NCBI GenBank assembly: GCA_001275005.1
Contig: JWZX01003190.1
Coordinates: 1 to 37,325, forward strand
Source of the DNA: Chrysochromulina tobinii
Taxonomy: Eukaryota
Direction: 5' to 3'
DNA length: 37,325 nt
Of the stretch, positions 10,838 through 21,246 are shown one piece after another. How positions within the stretch are numbered: the first letter of the stretch is position 1; the number at the start of each line of letters is the position of its first letter. The position numbers were made by a program, and so were the translations under genes. The notes below the pieces were generated by a model. That model saw nothing but the letters and a program-made list of their open reading frames with translations. It was not told where the DNA came from and did no database searches.

Positions 10838-13800
10838 ATGGTGCCGCTGAGCCGCACTTCGCTTCGCCTCATAGGCCTCATCGTGCTCGGAGTCGTGTGC
10901 CATGTGCTCCTGCGCCACCACGCGGCTGAGCTCGCCAAGAGCCGGCGACTACCGCCGAAGCAGCAGCAGGCGAAGCAGGAGCTCGCCCAGGCAGCATCGC
11001 ACGTGCCCAGTACCAGTACCACAGCTGTCGGCAGCGAGGCCTGTCGCACGGGAGCGCCGTTGAGTGTGCTCCTCATCCACGAGCACCACCTCAAGCCGAT
11101 CGGCTCCGACGTTCGGCTGCTCGGGGTCGTCGCGCAGGTGCGACGGGTGCCACGGAGTGCTTGCGCATGCTGCTAAGTGCATGCTGATTACATGCTGATG
11201 ATTTCCTGCTGATTGCATGCTGATGGGTGCCTGCCGCAGCTGCGCGGCCTAGGCCACACTGTCTCGCTGCTTTTCCGTGGCAAGACACCCACTGAGCAGC
11301 GCTCGCCGCCGACGCACGAGCTCGCCGCGCTCCTTGGCGCGGCGCGGAGCAGCGAGACGGAGCTCTCGCCTACAGAGGCCCCGCCGCACGTGCCGTCGAT
11401 CTACGAGTACTCCGAGCTCGATTCGCTCGCGACGCTGGCGCGGCAGGGGTGGTTTGACGTGGTGCTGTGCCCGCTCTGGTTTTGGCGCGACCCGATGGCC
11501 TCGGCCGCCGAGCTTCTGCTCCCGACTCTCGCGCTCCACGCGCCCGAGGGCCGACGGCCCTTCATCGCTGTCCTGTCGGACGACGCACACTCGTATAAGG
11601 CCTCGATGATGGCGGAGTGGGAAACTTCGGTGGAGCGCAAGGCATTTCATCAGGGCAAGGCGCACTCCCTGCCACCCCGCCAGCGCGCCGTGTACGAGCT
11701 CGCCGACGCCGTCGTCCACATCTCTGCGGCTGATTCCGCACTCGAGCGCAGTGCGTTCAACGCGTCGTGTCGCCACTGGCACGTGCTCAAGATGTCGCCG
11801 CGCGGCGTGCGGCTAATGAATACGTCGAGCTCGCGCCAGCTCGCTCAGCGGCGCATGCTCGAACAGGGGCCACAGCCGATACCGCAGGGGCAGCAAGGGC
11901 AGCAAGGGCAGGAGCAGGAGCAGGAGCAGCAGCAGCAGCAGAAGGGCACGGGGCAGCGCAGGCTGCTTCAGCTCAACGAGGGCGAGGAGGCGCCACAGGC
12001 GGAGGCACAGCAGTCTCAGGGCGAGCAGCAGCCGCCGTTACAAGGCTCGGAGGCACAGGAAGAGGTGGGGCGCGATGGGGGACTCCCGGCTGATCCTGCT
12101 GATGAGGCGAATGAGGCGAATGAGGCGAATGAGGCGAATGAGGGGCGCGATGGGGGACTCCCTGCTGACGAGGTGCAAGAGGCTTACACTCAGAGCGATG
12201 AGGCGGCGCAAGGCGATGCTGAGGCTAAGAGCAACGAGGCAGCGCAGGGCGGTCAGGAATCCTCTTTTGAGGAGGTCGAGCAAGCCGACAAGGCGCAAGG
12301 CAAGGAGGCATCACGAGGACAGGCGTCACAACGCGAGAAGCAGCAGCAGCAGAAGGAGGAGGAGGTGGAGGAGGTGGAGGAGGTAGAGGAGGAGGCAGAG
12401 GAAGAGGTGGTTGTGGATCAGGAACCTCCACAAGCGCAGTCACAGCAGGAGGATGCAACCCCTGAGCTGCAGGAGGGGGAGACGGCGGTGCCGGCGGCAC
12501 TGGAGGCGCGGGAGGCGGCGGCGATGGAGCAGACGGCGGCAAAGGAGCAGACGGCGGCAAAGGAAGAGATAGAGGCGAAGGGGGAGACGGTGATGAAGGA
12601 GGCGCCGGAGAAGGTGCCGGAGGAGGCGCCGAAGGAGGCGCCGGAGGAGGCGCCGAAGGAGGCGCCGGAGGAGGCGCCGGAGGAGGCGCCGGAGCTTGCG
12701 CAGGGCGAGCAGCACCCCTCAGACGAAGATGAAGATCATCATCAGCAGCAGGCGCAGGAGGGGGAGGGCCGGGCGGCAGAGGCGGAGGCGCCCGAGCCGC
12801 CATCGGAGCCACCATCGGAGCCGGAGCAGCAGCAGCCTGTACAGCAGCCCGTACAGCAGCCCGTACAGCAGCCTGCGCAGCATTCGGCTGACGATGATGA
12901 GGGCATCATTCACACCAAGAACACCGATGAGTCGTCCTCCACGCCGTCACCCTCGTTGCCGCCCCCGAGCGCATCGCGGACTGCAGAGATGGCACCCTCC
13001 CAAATTAGGAAGGATGATGTGGTCCAAATTAGGAATGCAGCGGCAACGGCGTCCGCAGCGGCAGCAGCCAGCAAGGGCGCGCTGGCCGGCGCCGTCGCGA
13101 GCGGCCTCGAGGGCGCGCTGACCGGCGCCGTCGCGAGCGGCCTCGTCTTCCCGCCCTCGAGGATCGGCTTCATGGGCAACGGCATCACGCCAACGAACCA
13201 TCTTTCTATCGAGTGGTTCCTGAGCGAGGTGTGGCCCGCGCTCAGGACGGCACTACCGAGCGTGCGGCTGCGGCTCGTCGGCTATGCGCCCGATGACCGC
13301 CCGAAGAGGCAGCAGGGCAAGCCGTGCGACGCGCTCAGCTCGCCCGTACGCTGCGGCTGGGCGTGGCGCACCTCGCTGGCGGGGCACGAGGCGGCAGGTG
13401 GCGTGGATGAGCTCGGCTTCATCTCAGATGCGGAGATGGTCGAAGAGCTCCTTAGCTGGCGTGCGATGATCGTGCCGATCCTACGCTCGACCGGCGTGAA
13501 CACCAAGCTGCTGCCTGGCCTCCAGCTTGGCGTCCCCATCGTCCTCACGAGCGTCTCGGCGTCGCCACTCGGCATCCCGACTGACGACTCCGTCGCGCTG
13601 CTCGCCGACGACGCGCCCACGTTCGTGCGCCAGCTGCGTCGGTTGCACGAGCACCCTTTGGAGGCACTCCGATTGGCCGCCTCGGCGCGCCGCCATTGGG
13701 AGCGGCTACTGGATGAGGATCGATCCGCGTCTGATCTCGCGCCGCTGCTGCAGCTGGGGTGCGACGTGCTGCAGCACGTCCCTGAAAGCGAGCGCCCCTT

Positions 13801-15199
13801 GCCGCTACCCAAGGTGCCCAGCACGGCGCGCTCCGCCGCCGGCTTGCGCTCAGACTTTGCCGCCGCCGCGGCCTTGCCGCCTCCGGTGGCCGCTCGCTGT
13901 TGGGGCGCCATGGTGCCGCCTGCGGTCGTCGTCATGATGCATGGCAGCGCGGCGTCGGAGAGCTCGGTGATGCACGCGCACGCACTGTGGGAAGCTCTCT
14001 GCCTCAAATGCAGCCTGCAGTGCGTGCACGGACGCGGCGGCCGCCGCCCGCTACCAAATTGGGACGTCCTGGTGGAGCACGAAGCGACACACTCTGCCGC
14101 CGAGCTCACTGACGCCCTCATGGCCGCCTCAAAGCGCATCTTCCCGCGACCCATGTATCTGGTCCACAACCCAGCCGCGCAGTTCCCCGCCGTGTTCCAA
14201 TACAGCGCACGCGGCGCGACGCTCGCGGCGGTGGCGCGGGGCGAGCGGCTGCGCGCACGGCTGCCCGCGGCCCTGGCCGCCGCGGGCTTCAAGCAGCACA
14301 TGTGGGCGAGCCGACCGCTCGAGCCGCTAGCGAATGGCACTCGAGGCGCCGCGCTCGACGTGGCGTGGCGTGACACATTGACCGCGCTAGGGCTCGCGCG
14401 CTCGTCACTGCCGCCGCTCCTCGCAGTCGCCGAGCGGCTGCGGCTTCGTCTTTCGGCCGACCGAGCTGCCGAGCCTCTGTGGATCGGCTGCTACCGGGAC
14501 AGGGGGCCATCGCGTGACGTGGCCAACGGTCCACGCAACAGCGGGCACACGACGCTCAGCTGTGCAGCCGCCTGCATCGACGCCCCCGTCTTCGCGATGG
14601 CCAACGGCGGACAGTGCTTCTGCGGCACGTCCCTCGCACGTGCGACGAACCACTCGAAGCGCGTGCCGCCCTCGCAATGCGGCGCCATCTGCGAGGCCGA
14701 GGAGGGGAAACTGCCGCCGCGCTACTGCGGCGGCGGCGCGCGCAACGCTGTGTACGTGAGCCGCGGCACTCTCTTGCCCGTGGAGCGCTCGCTCCTGATG
14801 GCGTCGCCGCCGCCGCCCTCCATCCAGGGGCACGCCGCCCACGGGGAGCTCGAGGCCGCAAAGGGTGCTGCCCCGGGCAGGGCCACGCGTGCTGCCGGCG
14901 CCGGCGGTGGCGGTGGCGGCGCCAGCGCTGGCGGTGGTGGCGGCGACGGCGGCGAGGCCAAAGTGAAGGACAGCAAGGGCAACAGCGGAACCAAGGACAA
15001 GAGTGGCAGCAAGGACAAGAGCGTAACCAAGGCGAAAGGCAGTAGCAAGGCGAAGAGCGGCGGCAAGGTCGCGAAGAAGAAAACGTCGGTCAAGAAAGTC
15101 AGCAGCCACGAGAGTAAGAAGAAGCACAAAGCGGCGGCCAAGCCCAAGGCGACGGCCTTTAAGTCCAAGGCAAGGCGCGGCCATGAGAAGAAGAACTAG
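10838..15199 (+). CDS. Type II membrane GT4-like glycosyltransferase with acidic insert, WSC domain and Lys-rich tail; 2 exons (10838-11137, 11240-15199)
   Basis: N-terminal TM; GSDVRLLGVVAQ|LRGLGHTV across the intron; IGFMGNG..TNHLSIEWFLSEVWP..VRLRLVG and IVPILRSTGVNTKLLPGLQLGVPIVLT (GT-B C-domain); WIGCYRD...CAAAC...GGQCFCG...CGG..RNAVY (WSC). Confidence 0.8.
11138..11239 (+). other. Repeat-filled intron (102 nt)
   Basis: GTGCGA...CCGCAG; repeated (CA)TGCTGAT and TGATTGC; junctions CGCAG|GTGCG and CGCAG|CTGCG; an in-frame stop lies within it. Confidence 0.85.
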
Positions 15200-15686
15200 A
15201 GGGCTCGTCCACCGTGCATCATGTGGCACACTAACGCGCGCGGCCGCCGCCTCCCCCGGGCCGCGACTCCCCCGGTGCCCGGTGCGCACTCCGCACTCTC
15301 TCGCGGAGGAGAGCGGTCCGGTTCGATTCCATTTCCACGTGCCGCAACCAAATGGACTCGACCACAACTCTCGGTAGACGGCTCCGACCCGGTTCCGCGG
15401 TTCCGTTCGGCTGCGCGAGTCGCCGACGGCGCGACGGGTGAGTGGGCGAACCGCCCCGCGCCACCGGCCCCGCCCCCGACACGCCCGGTCGTTCGTCCCT
15501 TGATGAGAGTCTGCTCTGCTCTCTCGCTCAGACGTGGATACCGGGCACGTAGAAATACTGTGTACGAGTGCATGAGTCCATTTTCAAGGTGTCTGTTTGC
15601 ATACTTCTACTGTACACGCATGCGCTGCCGCCGAGCTCGGCAAGCCCACCTGGAGATCCTCTCCCTCATCTCTCGCGGCCTCCAAT

Positions 15687-16551
15687 CTAAATGTCCTTGA
15701 CGGTCAGGCCGGGCGGCAGCGACTGCTTCAGCTTGTCGGCCTTCTCGAGGTCCTTCACGCACAGGGTGTACAGGTATTTGCTGCAGCGCACCTTGAACTT
15801 CACGACGTCCTTCGACTTCTTGATCTTAACGGCTGCGGGGAGCGAGCGGGCACGGGGCTGTCAGCAAGGCTGACGCAAGCTATGGCGGATGGCACAAGGC
15901 GTAGCAGCGCAGCAGCACGAGCGTAGCCCCACGATGGGCCGCGCCCCCTACGCTGCTGTGGGCCGGGCCACACTCCGCCGCGCCATGCTGCAGCACTTGG
16001 CAATGATCGAAAGCTGGCTGAGGGCTCACGACTCGCAACTGCGTCCGGCCATATCGATCTCTCGCCTGGACGATACAGAGCAGAGAAGCGATGCGGCCGG
16101 GCGCAGTAGCAAGGGACGGCGAGCCCCTTCAGGCGGCGAGGCGGCGTGCTCGCGGAAGACGCTCCGAAATGCCGCAAAGCACGGTGCAGCTGCACAGAGC
16201 GGTGGTCGCTGCCTCAATGGCTGCTCCGTGCAGCAGCAGCAGCGTGCCTTGCAACATCTCGGTGCGTCTCGCGTGCGCATCGCGCCGCCACCGCCACAGC
16301 GTCAGCAGAGCGCCGCCGATATCCGCTTGACGTCTCTCTCTGGCATGCAGGCTACGGAGCGAAGGCCACGCAGCGCAGGCAGGTTCGTGGCATTCGCTGG
16401 TAGCGTACACTTGGCGTCCTTCCTGCGCGCGGTGAGCAGGAAATCCTTGATCTCGTTGATCTGCTTCGGCTGCGAGCACGCGAGTCCGAGCACGACCCGT
16501 CAGCCAGTCAGGGTCAGGCAAGCGAGGCAGAAGAGGCGCGTCGCTCACCAT
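15687..16551 (-). CDS. RPL38: 60S ribosomal protein L38 (eL38), 3 exons (16551-16549, 16469-16409, 15832-15687)
   Basis: Spliced product [73 protein letters not shown] introns at 16548-16470 and 16408-15833. Confidence 0.95.
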
Positions 16552-16774
16552 GGCTTCCACGCGTTCCACAGAATTCACACGCCGTCGTGGGCACCCGCGG
16601 AGTGAACGCGAAGGCGCGTGCCTGCCGGCGATGGTTCCCCCGACTCCCCCAACCCCCCTTCTGCTCACCCCCATCACGCCGGCGCGAGTTTGACGAACTC
16701 CGCGGACGAGGCGCTCTGGGCCCGCTCTCGTCTCGAGCAAGAGGCACTAGACGAGGGCCGGCTGGCTGCGGCGC

Positions 16775-17890
16775 GTGGCGCTCGCACGTGGTCTTGGCGT
16801 GCTCGAACGCTTCGACTTTGCCGAGCACGCGCCCATCGCCTACGAAACGGGAGCGACGCAGGAGGCGGCGGACGCGCTGGGCAGCGAGCCGCAGCTGCAG
16901 CTACGCACACTGCACGCGATGCTGGCGACATCGCGCTGCCTGCAGTTAAGCACCCTGCACGCACTGCGCCAGCTGCCCGCGACCCCATGGCTTCTTCTTG
17001 GCGACGAAGTGCCTCACGAGCCAGTGCCGCCTGGAGAGCGCGGTTGCGAGCCTGCAGTCACGGGGACGCCAGCCGTCGAAGCGGACCCGACATCACTTCT
17101 TCAACTCATCCGACTCGACGGGCGCGCGAGTGTGTGGTGCTTCTCCGAGGACGTCGCCGCCGTCCTCGAGGGTCTGCCGCCTGCGCTGCCCGGCGGCGCG
17201 CACCTGCGCCTGCGCACAGTTGCCGCCGATGGCACTTTGGCGACGGGCGGACGCGTGTGGCACAGCGCTCCCGCCCTCTGCCGTTGGCTTCTCGCGGAGC
17301 GCGGGAGCATACGAGGCACGGCTGTCTGCGAGCTCGGGTGCGGCACCGGCGCCGTCGGCCTGTACGCGGCGGGGCTCGGCGCCTCGATGGTCGTCCTGAC
17401 CGACGGTGCAAGCGAGCTGCTCCCCCTCATTGAGCACAACGTGCGACGCAACGCACAGCTGGTTGCCGAGGCGGCGTGCCAGGCGGCCCTTGTGCGTTGG
17501 GGCTCAGCGGAGGACCTCGCCGCCCTCGAAACGCCGCGCCTCTCGAGGGGTGATCCCAGCCCTTTGCGCTTCGATTGGATCCTGGGCAGCGACACGATCT
17601 ACGACCCGGCGTCGCACGCCCCGCTGTGCGCCACGCTGCGTATGCTCTTCGACCGGCACGCGGGCACCCCACCGCCGCCGCGCGTCATCTTCGCCACCAT
17701 GCCGCGAAGTCGAACGCCGAGTCCCACCGACCGCTCGCGCTACGTGGACGCTGCGATGGCGAGGTTTGAGGAGGTCGCAGCCGCCCACGGGCTGCGCGTC
17801 ACGGCGATGAAGACCTCGCAGAGCGTGTGGACGGACACGGAGTGGCTCGACGCCGCGCCGTTTGTGTTCGAGGTGGCGCGGGCGGTGTAA
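16775..17890 (+). CDS. Seven-beta-strand protein lysine methyltransferase (METTL21/EFM, Methyltransf_16 type); 5' end uncertain
   Basis: TGGRVWHSAPALCRWL, motif I VCELGCGTGAVG, VVLTD, NVRRN, WG and FDWILGSDTIYD; first in-frame ATG only at 16919. Confidence 0.8.
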   Translation: MALARGLGVLERFDFAEHAPIAYETGATQEAADALGSEPQLQLRTLHAMLATSRCLQLSTLHALRQLPATPWLLLGDEVPHEPVPPGERGCEPAVTGTPAVEADPTSLLQLIRLDGRASVWCFSEDVAAVLEGLPPALPGGAHLRLRTVAADGTLATGGRVWHSAPALCRWLLAERGSIRGTAVCELGCGTGAVGLYAAGLGASMVVLTDGASELLPLIEHNVRRNAQLVAEAACQAALVRWGSAEDLAALETPRLSRGDPSPLRFDWILGSDTIYDPASHAPLCATLRMLFDRHAGTPPPPRVIFATMPRSRTPSPTDRSRYVDAAMARFEEVAAAHGLRVTAMKTSQSVWTDTEWLDAAPFVFEVARAV

Positions 17891-18068
17891 CATGCTTCAC
17901 TTGACGTATGAACAGCCGGGAATTTGATGAAGCACACGAAGGTCCGAAATGAGCGCCAAGTTGAGCTCCCCGACTGTTTCGGCGATCGCGGTCCGCGGTC
18001 ACGGGTGCCTCTGTGAGGGGGAGCGCGCGCCGCCCGATCGCCCGATCGCCGAACATTGTGCGTGCGCC

Positions 18069-18509
18069 ATGGCTGCTGAGAGGCTCCCTCTATTCTCGGT
18101 CGCGGTGAAGGACACGAAGCAAATCGACCATTTGGTCTTCAAGGCCGCTGATCTGGACACGAAGACGACGTCGTGGAAGGTGGAGATTCACGATCAGAGC
18201 TGGCCGCACACCAAGACGCTCACTTACGAGGTCAAAAAGCTGACGAAATCATCGGACTGGGACACGCTCACGGTCAGGATACGGCCGCAGAAAGAGGGGA
18301 GGATGCTGGCGTGGCGGGCCACGTACGTTGCAGGCTCCGTGCAGGGCACGTGGAGTCCCGACTGGACTCCGGTTGTGCCGGCGGACGAGCGGCAGAGGGA
18401 CCTCGACACTGGCAACAAGAAGTGGGAGAAGATCTTTGCGCCGTACGTTCCGTATGTTCCAGCCCCACCTGGGCGTCCGTACGTTCCAGTCATGGCTCAT
18501 GCTTGCTGA
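18069..18509 (+). CDS. Hypothetical 146-aa protein (beta-rich, Trp-rich, PYVP repeats at the C-terminus)
   Basis: ATG in GCCATGG context, GC3-biased codons, natural amino-acid composition; no family recognised. Confidence 0.6.
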   Translation: MAAERLPLFSVAVKDTKQIDHLVFKAADLDTKTTSWKVEIHDQSWPHTKTLTYEVKKLTKSSDWDTLTVRIRPQKEGRMLAWRATYVAGSVQGTWSPDWTPVVPADERQRDLDTGNKKWEKIFAPYVPYVPAPPGRPYVPVMAHAC

Positions 18510-19409
18510 TTGAAAACGAAGAATGGCATTCTAATGGGCCACGTCGATCTCGGATCCTAGAGGTGGAGCCGGAGCGTGCGACTGTGTCCAAGTACCAAAG
18601 CTATTCCACACACATGGCACACATGGTCGAGGCAATCTTCAGCGCTCGAAACATATTAATACCGTGTCCGTGAGGCGACCAGGCGTGTCCGGCTGAGCGT
18701 GCAAGGCCCGCGGACCGCGGACGTCGATAACGAGCCCGGCCGGTGGGGGTTGTGCGACCGGACGTATTCGAGTTATGCGTGTGCCCAACCACAGATTCCA
18801 AGAAAATAAAACATGTATTAACAGCCCATTCACAGGAACCCTTCGAAGCGACGCGCGCGTCCCGCCTGCTACTGCACTCGTCGCTCTTCGTGCTCAACGT
18901 GCGTCGGTGCGACCGCTGCACGCGCACACCGCACCACCTTCGCACACGGAATACATCGAGTCCGCTCCCTGGTAGGTGCTTTCTTCCACACGGAGCCCGC
19001 GGGCACTTGTGCATCTCAGGGAGCACACATGCCCTTGCCCCTACGCCTCCCTTCGTCTCTCTCACGACTGTGGGTTTTTTCGCGTGCCTTTCCGCAGTCG
19101 CGCGCCGACAAAAGTCCGCCTCCCTCCTCTCCGCCCCCGCGCGCTTTGCCGCCACGTGACTGCCCAATCCTGAGTCCCCGAGCTGGGCTGCCTCTCTCGA
19201 GGGCATGCGACTCTCCGTTCGCGATGAGCTTCGGAACTACACTCCGCACGCGATTCCCCTCATCCTCGCGGCACGCTGTTGGTGGTTGCATGTCTGCATC
19301 GAGACCCCTGAAGCGTCCTTCAGCTTGCAGCCTCGTGTGGTCCCATATCTCCATGCTGCCGCGAATACACACGCTGCCTAAGCCTCTCTTCTTCTCTCTT
19401 GTTCGCAGG

Positions 19410-20863
19410 ATGATCGCGATGCTCATCAACTGTGTAGCGGATAAGACCAAGGCCCACAGCGTTGCCATCATCTCGGTCGTCTTTTCGCCCGATGGCACGA
19501 AGATCGTGTCGGGATCGATTGATGGGACGATCAAAGTCTGGGATTTTGGTGCGCCGCGGAGCCTCGAATCGCCCCTCCTTGGCGAAGACTGACGCCATTT
19601 GGCTTGCCTGGCAGACAAACTGGAGCTGTTGAGCGAGAAGACAAACGCCCACAGCGACTGCATCAACTCGGTGGCGTTTTCCCCTGACGGCACCAAGATT
19701 GTGTCTGGATCGTGGGACAAGACGATCAAAGTCTGGGAATCTGGTGCGCCGGAGCCTCGAATCGCCCCTCCTTGGCCAAAACTGACACCTGCTGGCTTGT
19801 CTGGCAGGCAAGCTGGAGTTTCTGAGCGAGAAGACCAACGCCCACAGCAGCTACGTCATGTCGGTGGCGTTTTCCCCGGACAGGACCAAGATCGTGTCTG
19901 GATCGGCTGACGGGACGATCAAAGTCTGGGATTCGGGTGCGCTGCAGCCCTCATATCACCCCTCCTTTTGGCTAAAACTGACGCTTGATGGCTTGCCTGG
20001 CAGACAAGCTGGAGATGCTGAGCGAGAAGACGAACGCCCACAGCCACTGGGTCATGTCGGTGGCGTTTTCCCCTGACGGGACCAAGATTGTGTCGGGATC
20101 GCGCGACGGGACGATCAAAGTCTGGGATTCAGGTGCGCCGCGAGCTCAAAATCGCCCCTCTCCTTGGCCAAAACTGATGCATGTTGGATTGTCTGGCAGC
20201 CAAACTGGAGCAGCTGAGCGAGAAGACGAATGCCCACAGCCAACACCTCACGTCGGTCGCGTTTTCCCCACACGGGACCAAGATTGTCTCGGGATCGGGC
20301 GACAAGACTATCAAAGTCTGGGATTTGGGTGCGCTGGAGCCCTCGAAATCGCCCCTCCTTGGCCAAAACTGACGCCTGCTGGCTTGTCTGGCAGGCAAAC
20401 TGGAGCTGCTGAGCGAGAAGACGAACGCCCACAGAAACTACATCGAGTCGGTCGCGTTTTCTCCGGACGGGACCAAGATTGTCTCGGGAGCGCACGACAA
20501 GACGATCAAAGTATGGGATTCAGGTGCGCCGCGAGCTCAAAATCGCCCCTCCTCGGCCAAATCTGACGCCTGCTGGCTTGTCTGGCAGACAAACTGGAGC
20601 TGCTGAGCGAGAAGACGGACGCCCACCACCACTACGTCAGGTCGGTGGCGTTTTCCCCGGACGGGACCAAGATTGTGTCTGGATCGGACGACGGGACGAT
20701 CAAAGTCTGGGATATGGTCAAGTGGTCTCGCAAAGATCATTTGATGTTCAATGATACCACCCAGCGATTTGTCTTGCTGCTGCTGTGGATGAAAAAATGC
20801 AGTATGAAGTTTCCGGATGATGTGCTAGATCTACTCATCGAAGCTTGCTTGCAAAGCAGGTGA
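19410..20863 (+). CDS. Seven-repeat WD40 protein, one repeat per exon (19410-19548, 19615-19743, 19808-19936, 20004-20132, 20200-20328, 20395-20523, 20589-20863), 352 aa
   Basis: Repeat consensus [12 protein letters not shown]....[22 protein letters not shown]; six phase-1 GT-AG introns of 64-67 nt; spliced length 1059 nt is in frame; a pyrimidine tract plus CAG at 19408 suggests a further upstream exon. Confidence 0.9.
19450..20713 (+). repeat. Tandem exon+intron array, ~193-196-nt period
   Basis: Both the exons and the introns (GTGCGC...AATCGCCCCTCCTTGGCCAAAACTGACG...GGCTTGTCTGGCAG) are repeated with high similarity. Confidence 0.92.
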
Positions 20864-21246
20864 GAGGTGTGGGGTGACGGCGACTGTGGATGTGTCGCAT
20901 CCAATCTGATCCACACGGCTTCGCCGTGTCTAGAGAGTCAATGAGCAGTCGAATGATATTGACTCGATATTGTTGACTTATATCGTATGGAAACCAACGC
21001 CGCTCCCGCTGCCCGGCCGGTGCCGGTATCTCGGACTCGGTGAGTCGGTGTGTCGCGGTTACCACCGTTACCTATGTTGAGAAAGGGTCAGTTGAATCGA
21101 CACACAAGGTACCGACCAGCCACTACCAAACGAAACACAGGACAGACGGGCGCTGTCACCGCGGTCGCGTCGCTCGGTAACTACACCTAACATTCACAGC
21201 TACAACTATAAATGTACGCCGTCAAAGGTGTGAACCCAATTTCCAA

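Noticed and set aside
15320..15330. GGTTCGATTCC tRNA T-loop/B-box motif
   Set aside because: The flanks do not form a T-stem or cloverleaf.
19450..20713. Regular repeat array resembling CRISPR or a diversity-generating retroelement
   Set aside because: The units are coding WD40 exons plus spliceosomal introns. There are no unique spacers, cas genes or reverse transcriptase, and variation is not restricted to adenines.
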